A DNA stretch of 64,000 bases from the human T2T-CHM13v2.0 reference genome, Homo sapiens. Shown piece by piece: positions 27,901 to 39,900 of the stretch (position 1 is the stretch's first letter; every line of letters starts with the position of its first letter). The stretch lies in assembly GCF_009914755.1 (NCBI RefSeq), contig NC_060934.1. One strand, 5' to 3'. The notes under the pieces were generated by a model that saw only the letters and a program-made list of their open reading frames with translations, was not told where the DNA came from and did no database searches. Made by a program: the position numbers and the translations under genes.

Positions 27901-29744
27901 GTGATGTGTGCGTTCAACTCACAGAGGTTAACCTTTCTTTTCATAGAGCAGTTTGGAAACACTCTGTTTGTAAAGCCTGCAAGTGCTTTTTTGGACTTCA
28001 TTGAGGCCTTCGTTGGAAACGGGATTTCTTCATACAACGCTAGACAGAAGAATTCTCAGTAACTTCTTTGTGTTGTGTGTATTCAACTCACAGAGTTGAA
28101 CCTTTCTTTAGAGAGAACAGAGTTGAAACACTCTGTTTTTGGAATTTGCAAGTGCAGATTTCAAGCGATTCTAGGCCTATGGCAGAAAAGGAAATATCTT
28201 CGTATAAAAACTACACAGAATCATTCTCAACAACTACTTTGTGATGTGTGCGTTCAACTCACAGAGTTTAACCTTTCTTTTCATAGAGCAGTTTGGAAAC
28301 ACTCTGTTTGTAAAGCCTGCAAGTGCTTTTTTGGACTTCTTTGAGGCCTTCGTTGGAAACGGGATTTCTTCATATAATGCTAGACAGAAGAATTCTCAGT
28401 CACTTCTCTGTGTTGTGTGTATTCAAGTCACAGAGTTGAACCTTCCTTTAGACAGAGCAGTTTTGAAAAATTCTTTCTGTGGAGTTTGCAAGTGGAGATT
28501 TCAAGCGATTTGAGGCTAATCTTTGAAATGGAAATATCTTCGTGTAAAAACTACACAGAATCATTCTCAGAAACTGCTTTGTCATCTGTGCGTTCAGTTC
28601 ACAGAGTTTCACCTTTCTCTTCATAGAGCAGTTTGGAAAGACTCTGTCTGTAAAGTCTGCAAGTGATTAGTTAGACCCCTTTGAGGCCTTCGTTGGAAGC
28701 GGGATTTCTCATTTACTGCTAGACAGAAGAATTCTCAGTAAATCCTTTGTGTTGTGTGTATTCAACTCACAGAGTGGAACCTTCCTTTATTCAGAGCAGT
28801 TTTGAAAAACACTTTTTGTGGAATTTGCAAGTGGAGATTTCAAGCGATTTGACGCCAATCTTAGACATGGAAATATCTTCATATTAAAAGTACACAGAGT
28901 CATTCGTAGAAACTAGTTTGTGATGTGTGCCTTCAACTCACAGAGTTTAACCTTTCTTTTCATAGAGCAGTTGGGAAACACTCTATTTGTAAAGTCTGCA
29001 AGTGGATATTTGGACCTCTTTGAGGCCTTCGTTGGAAACGGGATTTCTTCATACAACGCTAGACAGAAGAATTCTCAGTAACTTCTTTGTGTTGTGTGTA
29101 TTCAACTCACAGAGTTGAACCTTTCTTTAGAGAGAGCAGAGTTGAAACACTCTGTTTTTGGAATTTGCAAGTGCAGATTTCAAGCGATTCTAGGCCTATG
29201 GCAGAAAAGGAAATATCTTCGTATAAAAACTACACAGAATCATTCTCAACAACTACTTTGTGATGTGTGCGTTCAACTCACAGAGTTTAACCTTTCTTTT
29301 CATAGAGCAGTTTGGAAACACTCTGTTTGTAAAGCCTGCAAGTGCTTTTTTGGACTTCATTGAGGCCTTCGTTGGAAACGGGATTTCTTCATATAATGCT
29401 AGACAGAAGAATTCTCAGTCACTTCTTTGTGTTGTGTGTATTCAAGTCACAGAGTTGAACCTTCCTTTAGACAGAGCAGTTTTGAAAAATTCTTTCTGTG
29501 TAATTTGCAAGTGGAGATTTCAAGCGATTTGAGGCTAATCTTTGAAATGGAAATATCTTCGTGTAAAAACTACACAGAATCATTCTCAGAAACTGCTTTG
29601 TCATCTGTGCGTTCAGTTCACAGAGTTTCACCTTTCTCTTCATAGAGCAGTTTGGAAAGACTCTGTCTGTAAAGTCTGCAAGTGATTAGTTAGACCCCTT
29701 TGAGGCCTTCGTTGGAAGCGGGATTTCTCATTTACTGCTAGACA
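21940..29744 (+). repeat. Tandem 16-mer units (D-A-A-B-C-A-B-C, 2716 bp) x~3, third copy truncated
   Basis: D ORFs at 22136, 24852 and 27568 are spaced 2716 bp apart. All three share GATTAGAAAC (~22350, 25066, 27781). Confidence 0.9.
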
Positions 29745-29889
29745 AAATCATTCTCAGAAAACTCTTTGTGATGTGTGTGTTCAACTCACAGAGTTTAACC
29801 TTTCTTTAATCGAGCAGTTTGGAAATACACTCTTTGTAAGTCTGCAGGTGGATATTTGGCCCTCTTTGAGCCCTTCGTTGGAAACGGGA
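29707..29889 (+). other. Two adjacent CENP-B boxes (29707-29723 and 29873-29889) flanking an odd-monomer deletion junction
   Basis: The junction ...TTTACTGCTAGACAAAATCATTCTCAGAAAACTC joins the end of dimer B to the second monomer of dimer D. Confidence 0.92.
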
Positions 29890-32800
29890 TTTCCTCATAT
29901 AATGCTAGACAGAAGAATTCTCAGTAACTTCTTTGTGTTGTTTGTATTCAACACACAGATTTGAACCTTCCTTTAGAGAGAGCAGATTTGAAACACTCTG
30001 TTTTTGGAATTTGCAAGTGCAGATTTCAAGCGCTTCTAGGCCTATGGCAGAAAAGGAAATATCTTCGTATAAAAACTACACAGAATCATTCTCAACAACT
30101 ACTTTGTGATGTGTGCGTTCAACTCACAGAGTTTAACCTTTCTTTTCATAGAGCAGTTTGGAAACACTCTATTTGTAAAGTCTGCAAGTGGATATTTGGA
30201 CCTCTTTGAGGCCTTCGTTGGAAACGGGATTTCTTCATATAACGCTAGACAGAAGAATTCTCAGTAACTTCTTTGTGTTGTGTGTATTCAACTCACAGAG
30301 TTGAACCTTTCTTTAGAGGGAGCAGAGGTGAAACACTCTTTTTGTGGAATTTGCTAGTGTAGATTTCAAACGCTTCGAAGACAGTGATAGAAAAGGATAT
30401 ATCTTCGTATTAAAAGTAGACAAAATCATTCTCAGAAATCTCTTTGTGATGTGTGTGTTCAACTCACAGAGTTTAACCTTTCTTTAATCGAGCAGTTTGG
30501 AAATACACTCTTTGTAAGTCTGCAGGTGGATATTTGGCCCTCTTTGAGCCCTTCGTTGGAAAGGGGATTTCCTCATATAATGCTAGACAGAAGAATTCTC
30601 AGTAACTTCTTTGTGTTGTTTGTATTCAACACACAGATTTGAACCTTCCTTTAGAGAGAGCAGATTTGAAACACTCTGTTTTTGGAATTTGCAAGTGCAG
30701 ATTTCAAGCGCTTCTAGGCCTATGGCAGAAAAGGAAATATCTTCGTATAAAAACTACACAGAATCATTCTCAACAACTACTTTGTGATGTGTGCGTTCAA
30801 CTCACAGAGTTTAACCTTTCTTTTCATAGAGCAGTTTGGAAACACTCTGTTTGTAAAGCCTGCAAGTGCTTTTTTGGACTTCATTGAGGCCTTCGTTGGA
30901 AACGGGATTTCTTCATATAATGCTAGACAGAAGAATTCTCAGTCACTTCTTTGTGTTGTGTGTATTCAAGTCACAGAGTTGAACCTTCCTTTAGACAGAG
31001 CAGTTTTGAAAAATTCTTTCTGTGTAATTTGCAAGTGGAGATTTCAAGCGATTTGAGGCTAATCTTTGAAATGGAAATATCTTCGTGTAAAAACTACACA
31101 GAATCATTCTCAGAAACTGCTTTGTCATCTGTGCGTTCAGTTCACAGAGTTTCACCTTTCTCTTCATAGAGCAGTTTGGAAAGACTCTGTCTGTAAAGTC
31201 TGCAAGTGATTAGTTAGACCCCTTTGAGGCCTTCGTTGGAAGCGGGATTTCTCATTTACTGCTAGACAGAAGAATTCTCAGTAAATCCTTTGTGTTGTGT
31301 GTATTCAACTCACAGAGTGGAACCTTCCTTTATTCAGAGCAGTTTTGAAACACTCTTTTTGTGGAATTTGCAAGTGGAGATTTCAAGCGATTTGACGCCA
31401 ATCTTAGACATGGAAATATCTTCATATTAAAAGTACACAGAGTCATTCGTAGAAACTAGTTTGTGATGTGTGCCTTCAACTCACAGAGTTTAACCTTTCT
31501 TTTCATAGAGCAGTTGGGAAACACTCTATTTGTAAAGTCTGCAAGTGGATATTTGGACCTCTTTGAGGCCTTCGTTGGAAACGGGATTTCTTCATATAAC
31601 GCTAGACAGAAGAATTCTCAGTAACTTCTTTGTGTTGTGTGTATTCAACTCACAGAGTTGAACCTTTCTTTAGAGGGAGCAGAGGTGAAACACTCTTTTT
31701 GTGGAATTTGCTAGTGTAGATTTCAAACGCTTCGAAGACAGTGATAGAAAAGGATATATCTTCGTATTAAAAGTAGACAAAATCATTCTCAGAAAACCCT
31801 TTGTGATGTGTGTGTTCAACTCACAGAGTTTAACCTTTCTTTAATCGAGCAGTTTGGAAATACACTCTTTGTAAGTCTGCAGGTGGATATTTGGCCCTCT
31901 TTGAGCCCTTCGTTGGAAACGGGATTTCCTCATATAATGCTAGACAGAAGAATTCGCAGTAACTTCTTTGTGTTGTTTGTATTCAACACACAGATTTGAA
32001 CCTTCCTTTAGAGAGAGCAGATTTGAAACACTCTGTTTTTGGAATTTGCAAGTGCAGATTTCAAGCGCTTCTAGGCCTATGGCAGAAAAGGAAATATCTT
32101 CGTATAAAAACTACACAGAATCATTCTCAACAACTACTTTGTGATGTGTGCGTTCAACTCACAGAGTTTAACCTTTCTTTTCATAGAGCAGTTTGGAAAC
32201 ACTCTATTTGTAAAGTCTGCAAGTGGATATTTGGACCTCTTTGAGGCCTTCGTTGGAAACGGGATTTCTTCATATAACGCTAGACAGAAGAATTCTCAGT
32301 AACTTCTTTGTGTTGTGTGTATTCAACTCACAGAGTTGAACCTTTCTTTAGAGGGAGCAGAGGTGAAACACTCTTTTTGTGGAATTTGCTAGTGTAGATT
32401 TCAAACGCTTCGAAGACAGTGATAGAAAAGGATATATCTTCGTATTAAAAGTAGACAAAATCATTCTCAGAAATCTCTTTGTGATGTGTGTGTTCAACTC
32501 ACAGAGTTTAACCTTTCTTTAATCGAGCAGTTTGGAAATACACTCTTTGTAAGTCTGCAGGTGGATATTTGGCCCTCTTTGAGCCCTTCGTTGGAAACGG
32601 GATTTCCTCATATAATGCTAGACAGAAGAATTCTCAGTAACTTCTTTGTGTTGTTTGTATTCAACACACAGATTTGAACCTTCCTTTAGAGAGAGCAGAT
32701 TTGAAACACTCTGTTTTTGGAATTTGCAAGTGCAGATTTCAAGCGCTTCTAGGCCTATGGCAGAAAAGGAAATATCTTCGTATAAAAACTACACAGAATC

Positions 32801-33986
32801 ATTCTCAACAACTACTTTGTGATGTGTGCGTTCAACTCACAGAGGATAACCTTTCTTTTCATAGAGCAGTTTGGAAACACTCTGTTTGTAAAGCCTGCAA
32901 GTGCTTTTTTGGACTTCATTGAGGCCTTCGTTGGAAACGGGATTTCTTCATACAACGCTAGACAGAAGAATTCTCAGTAACTTCTTTGTGTTGTGTGTAT
33001 TCAACTCACAGAGTTGAACCTTTCTTTAGAGAGAACAGAGTTGAAACACTCTGTTTTTGGAATTTGCAAGTGCAGATTTCAAGCGATTCTAGGCCTATGG
33101 CAGAAAAGGAAATATCTTCGTATAAAAACTACACAGAATCATTCTCAACAACTACTTTGTGATGTGTGCGCTCAACTCACAGAGTTTAACCTTTCTTTTC
33201 ATAGAGCAGTTTGGAAACACTCTGTTTGTAAAGCCTGCAAGTGCTTTTTTGGACTTCATTGAGGCCTTCGTTGGAAACGGGATTTCTTCATATAATGCTA
33301 GACAGAAGAATTCTCAGTCACTTCTTTGTGTTGTGTGTATTCAAGTCACAGAGTTGAACCTTCCTTTAGACAGAGCAGTTTTGAAAAATTCTTTCTGTGG
33401 AGTTTGCAAGTGGAGATTTCAAGCGACTTGAGGCTAATCTTTGAAATGGAAATATCTTCGTGTAAAAACTACACAGAATCATTCTCAGAAACTGCTTTGT
33501 CATCTGTGCGTTCAGTTCACAGAGTTTCACCTTTCTCTTCATAGAGCAGTTTGGAAAGACTCTGTCTGTAAAGTCTGCAAGTGATTAGTTAGACCCCTTT
33601 GAGGCCTTCGTTGGAAGCGGGATTTCTCATTTACTGCTAGACAGAAGAATTCTCAGTAAATCCTTTGTGTTGTGTGTATTCAACTCACAGAGTGGAACCT
33701 TCCTTTATTCAGAGCAGTTTTGAAACACTCTTTTTGTGGAATTTGCAAGTGGAGATTTCAAGCGATTTGACGCCAATCTTAGACATGGAAATATCTTCAT
33801 ATTAAAAGTACACAGAGTCATTCGTAGAAACTAGTTTGTGATGTGTGCCTTCAACTCACAGAGTTTAACCTTTCTTTTCATAGAGCAGTTGGGAAACACT
33901 CTATTTGTAAAGTCTGCAAGTGGATATTTGGACCTCTTTGAGGCCTTCGTTGGAAACGGGATTTCTTCATATAACGCTAGACAGAA

Positions 33987-36900
33987 GAATTCTCAGTAAC
34001 TTCTTTGTGTTGTGTGTATTCAACTCACAGAGTTGAACATTTCTTTAGAGGGAGCAGAGGTGAAACAGTCTTTTTGTGGAATTTGCTAGTGTAGATTTCA
34101 AACGCTTCGAAGTCAGTGATAGAAAAGGATATATCTTCGTATTAAAAGTAGACAAAATCATTCTCAGAAAACTCTTTGTGATGTGTGTGTTCAACTCACA
34201 GAGTTTAACCTTTCTTTAATCGAGCAGTTTGGAAATACACTCTTTGTAAGTCTGCAGGTGGATATTTGGCCCTCTTTGAGCCCTTCTTTGGAAACGGGAT
34301 TTCCTCTTATAATGCTAGACAGAAGAATTCTCAGTAACTTCTCTGTGTCGTTTGTATTCAACACACAGATTTGAACCTTCCTTTAGAGAGAGCAGATTTG
34401 AAACACTCTGTTTTTGGAATTTGCAAGTGCAGATTTCAAGCACTTCTAGGCCTATGGCAGAAAAGGAAATATCTTCGTATAAAAACTACACAGAATCATT
34501 CTCAACAACTACTTTGTGATGTGTGCGTTCAACTCACAGAGTTTAACCTTTCTTTTCATAGAGCAGTTTGGAAACACTATGTTTGTAAAGCCTGCAAGTG
34601 CTTTTTTGGACTTCATTGAGGCCTTCGTTGGAAACGGGATTTCTTCATACAACGCTAGACAGAAGAATTCTCAGTAACTTCTTTGTGTTGTGTGTATTCA
34701 ACTCACAGAGTTGAACCTTTCTTTAGAGGGAGCAGAGGTGAAACACTCTTTTTGTGGAATTTGCTAGTGTAGATTTCAAACGCTTCGAAGACAGTGATAG
34801 AAAAGGATATATCTTCGTATTAAAAGTAGACAAAATCATTCTCAGAAAACTCTTTGTGATGTGTGTGTTCAACTCACAGAGTTTAACCTTTCTTTAATCG
34901 AGCAGTTTGGAAATACACTCTTTGTAAGTCTGCAGGTGGATATTTGGCCCTCTTTGAGCCCTTCGTTGGAAACGGGATTTCCTCATATAATGCTAGACAG
35001 AAGAATTCTCAGTAACTTCTTTGTGTTGTTTGTATTCAACACACAGATTTGAACCTTCCTTTAGAGAGAGCAGATTTGAAACACTCTGTTTTTGGAATTT
35101 GCAAGTGCAGATTTCAAGCGCTTCTAGGCCTGTGGCAGAAAAGGAAATATCTTCGTATAAAAACTACACAGAATCATTCTCAACAACTACTTTGTGATGA
35201 GTGCGTTCAATTCACAGAGGTTAACCTTTCTTTTCAGAGAGCAGTTTGGAAACACTCTGTTTGTAAAGCGTGCAAGTGCTTTTTTGGACTTCATTGAGGC
35301 CTTCGTTGGAAACGGGATTTCTTCATACAACGCTAGACAGAAGAATTCTCAGTAACTTCTTTGTGTTGTGTGTATTCAACTCACAGAGTTGAACCTTTCT
35401 TTAGAGAGAGCAGAGTTGAAACACTCTGTTTTTCGAATTTGCAAGTGCAGATTTCAAGCGCTTCTAGGCCTATGGCAGAAAAGGAAATATCTTCGTATAA
35501 AAACTACACAGAATCATTCTCAACAACTACTTTGTGATGTGTGCGTTCAACTCACAGAGTTTAACCTTTCTTTTCATAGAGCAGTTTGGAAACACTCTGT
35601 TTGTAAAGCCTGCAAGTGCTTTTTGGACTTCATTGAGGCCTTCGTTGGAAACGGGATTTCTTCATATAATGCTAGACAGAAGAATTCTCAGTCACTTCTT
35701 TGTGTTGTGTGTATTCAAGTCACAGAGTTGAACCTTCCTTTAGACAGAGCAGTTTTGAAAAATTCTTTCTGTGGAGTTTGCAAGTGGAGATTTCAAGCGA
35801 TTTGAGGCTAATCTTTGAAATGGAAATATCTTCGTGTAAAAACTACACAGAATCATTCTCAGAAACTGCTTTGTCATCTGTGCGTTCAGTTCGCAGAGTT
35901 TCACCTTTCTCTTCATAGAGCAGTTTGGAAAGACTCTGTCTGTAAAGTCTGCAAGTGATTAGTTAGACCCCTTTGAGGCCTTCGTTGGAAGCGGGATTTC
36001 TCATTTACTGCTAGACAGAAGAATTCTCAGTAAATCCTTTGTGTTGTGTGTATTCAACTCACAGAGTGGAACCTTCCTTTATTCAGAGCAGTTTTGAAAA
36101 ACACTTTTTGTGGAATTTGCAAGTGGAGATTTCAAGCGATTTGACGCCAATCTTAGACATGGAAATATCTTCATATTAAAAGTACACAGAGTCATTCGTA
36201 GAAACTAGTTTGTGATGTGTGCCTTCAACTCACAGAGTTTAACCTTTCTTTTCATAGAGCAGTTTGGAAACACTCTATTTGTAAAGTCTGCAAGCGGATA
36301 TTTGGACCTCTTTGAGGCCTTCGTTGGAAACGGGATTTCTTCATACAACGCTAGACAGAAGAATTCTCAGTAACTTCTTTGTGTTGTGTGTATTCAACTC
36401 ACAGAGTTGAACCTTTCTTTAGAGAGAGCAGAGTTGAAACACTCTGTTTTTGGAATTTGCAAGTGCAGATTTCAAGCGATTCTAGGCCTATGGCAGAAAA
36501 GGAAATATCTTCGTATAAAAACTACACAGAATCATTCTCAACAACTACTTTGTGATGTGTGCGTTCAACTCACAGAGTTTAACCTTTCTTTTCATAGAGC
36601 AGTTTGGAAACACTCTGTTTGTAAAGCCTGCAAGTGCTTTTTTGGACTTCATTGAGGCCTTCGTTGGAAACGGGATTTCTTCATATAATGCTAGACAGAA
36701 GAATTCTCAGTCACTTCTTTGTGTTGTGTGTATTCAAGTCACAGAGTTGAACCTTCCTTTAGACAGAGCAGTTTTGAAAAATTCTTTCTGTGTAATTTGC
36801 AAGTGGAGATTTCAAGCGATTTGAGGCTAATCTTTGAAATGGAAATATCTTCGTGTAAAAACTACACAGAATCATTCTCAGAAACTGCTTTGTCATCTGT

Positions 36901-39900
36901 GCGTTCAGTTCACAGAGTTTCACCTTTCTCTTCATAGAGCAGTTTGGAAAGACTCTGTCTGTAAAGTCTGCAAGTGATTAGTTAGAACCCTTTGAGGCCT
37001 TCGTTGGAAGCGGGATTTCTCATTTACTGCTAGACAGAAGAATACTCAGTAAATCCTTTGTGTTGTGTGTATTCAACTCACAGAGTGGAACCTTCCTTTA
37101 TTCAGAGCAGTTTTGAAACACTCTTTTTGTGGAATTTGCAAGTGGAGATTTCAAGCGATTTGACGCCAATCTTAGACATGGAAATATCTTCATATTAAAA
37201 GTACACAGAGTCATTCGTAGAAACTAGTTTGTGATGTGTGCCTTCAACTCACAGAGTTTAACCTTTCTTTTCATAGAGCAGTTGGGAAACACTCTATTTG
37301 TAAAGTCTGCAAGTGGATATTTGGACCTCTTTGAGGCCTTCGTTGGAAACGGGATTTCTTCATATAACGCTAGACAGAAGAATTCTCAGTAACTTCTTTG
37401 TGTTGTGTGTATTCAACTCACAGTGTTGAACATTTCTTTAGAGGGAGCAGAGGTGAAACAGTCTTTTTGTGGAATTTGCTAGTGTAGATTTCAAACGCTT
37501 CGAAGTCAGTGATAGAAAAGGAAATATCTTCGTATTAAAAGTAGACAAAATCATTCTCAGAAAACTCTTTGTGATGTGTGTGTTCAACTCACAGAGTTTA
37601 ACCTTTCTTTAATCGAGCAGTTTGGAAATACACTCTTTGTAAGTCTGCAGGTGGATATTTGGCCCTCTTTGAGCCCTTCTTTGGAAACGGGATTTCCTCT
37701 TATAATGCTAGACAGAAGAATTCTCAGTAACTTCTCTGTGTCGTTTGTATTCAACACACAGATTTGAACCTTCCTTTAGAGAGAGCAGATTTGAAACACT
37801 CTGTTTTTGGAATTTGCAAGTGCAGATTTCAAGCACTTCTAGGCCTATGGCAGAAAAGGAAATATCTTCGTATAAAAACTACACAGAATCATTCTCAACA
37901 ACTACTTTGTGATGTGTGCGTTCAACTCACAGAGTTTAACCTTTCTTTTCATAGAGCAGTTTGGAAACACTCTGTTTGTAAAGCCTGCAAGTGCTTTTTT
38001 GGACTTCATTGAGGCCTTCGTTGGAAACGGGATTTCTTCATACAACGCTAGACAGAAGAATTCTCAGTAACTTCTTTGTGTTGTGTGTATTCAACTCACA
38101 GAGTTGAACCTTTCTTTAGAGGGAGCAGAGGTGAAACACTCTTTTTGTGGAATTTGCTAGTGTAGATTTCAAACGCTTCGAAGACAGTGATAGAAAAGGA
38201 TATATCTTCGTATTAAAAGTAGACAAAATCATTCTCAGAAAACTCTTTGTGATGTGTGTGTTCAACTCACAGAGTTTAACCTTTCTTTAATCGAGCAGTT
38301 TGGAAATACACTCTTTGTAAGTCTGCAGGTGGATATTTGGCCCTCTTTGAGCCCTTCATTGGAAACGGGATTTCCTCATATAATGCTAGACAGAAGAATT
38401 CTCAGTAACTTCTTTGTGTTGTTTGTATTCAACACACAGATTTGAACCTTCCTTTAGAGAGAGCAGATTTGAAACACTCTGTTTTTGGAATTTGCAAGTG
38501 CAGATTTCAAGCGCTTCTAGGCCTATGGCAGAAAAGGAAATATCTTCGTATAAAAACTACACAGAATCATTCTCAACAACTACTTTGTGATGTGTGCGTT
38601 CAACTCACAGAGTTTAACCTTTCTTTTCATAGAGCAGTTTGGAAACACTCTATTTGTAAAGTCTGCAAGTGGATATTTGGACCTCTTTGAGGCCTTCGTT
38701 GGAAACGGGATTTCTTCATATAACGCTAGACAGAAGAATTCTCAGTAACTTCTTTGTGTTGTGTGTATTCAACTCACAGAGTTGAACCTTTCTTTAGAGG
38801 GAGCAGAGGTGAAACACTCTTTTTGTGGAATTTGCTAGTGTAGATTTCAAACGCTTCGAAGACAGTGATAGAAAAGGATATATCTTCGTATTAAAAGTAG
38901 ACAAAATCATTCTCAGAAATCTCTTTGTGATGTGTGTGTTCAACTCACAGAGTTTAACCTTTCTTTAATCGAGCAGTTTGGAAATACACTCTTTGTAAGT
39001 CTGCAGGTGGATATTTGGCCCTCTTTGAGCCCTTCGTTGGAAACGGGATTTCCTCATATAATGCTAGACAGAAGAATTCTCAGTAACTTCTTTGTGTTGT
39101 TTGTATTCAACACACAGATTTGAACCTTCCTTTAGAGAGAGCAGATTTGAAACACTCTGTTTTTGGAATTTGCAAGTGCAGATTTCAAGCGCTTCTAGGC
39201 CTGTGGCAGAAAAGGAAATATCTTCGTATAAAAACTACACAGAATCATTCTCAACAACTACTTTGTGATGAGTGCGTTCAACTCACAGAGGTTAACCTTT
39301 CTTTTCAGAGAGCAGTTTGGAAACACTCTGTTTGTAAAGCCTGCAAGTGCTTTTTTGGACTTCATTGAGGCCTTCGTTGGAAACGGGATTTCTTCATACA
39401 ACGCTAGACAGAAGAATTCTCAGTAACTTCTTTGTGTTGTGTGTATTCAACTCACAGAGTTGAACCTTTCTTTAGAGAGAGCAGAGTTGAAACACTCTGT
39501 TTTTCGAATTTGCAAGTGCAGATTTCAAGCGCTTCTAGGCCTATGGCAGAAAAGGAAATATCTTCGTATAAAAACTACACAGAATCATTCTCAACAACTA
39601 CTTTGTGATGTGTGCGTTCAACTCACAGAGTTTAACCTTTCTTTTCATAGAGCAGTTTGGAAACACTCTGTTTGTAAAGCCTGCAAGTGCTTTTTGGACT
39701 TCATTGAGGCCTTCGTTGGAAACGGGATTTCTTCATATAATGCTAGACAGAAGAATTCTCAGTCACTTCTTTGTGTTGTGTGTATTCAAGTCACAGAGTT
39801 GAACCTTCCTTTAGACAGAGCAGTTTTGAAAAATTCTTTCTGTGGAGTTTGCAAGTGGAGATTTCAAGCGATTTGAGGCTAATCTTTGAAATGGAAATAT

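Noticed and set aside
35368-39876. Two longer 145-aa ORFs (35368-35805, 39439-39876)
   Set aside because: A 1-bp deletion in a T-run fuses two satellite frames. It is useful only as a duplication marker.
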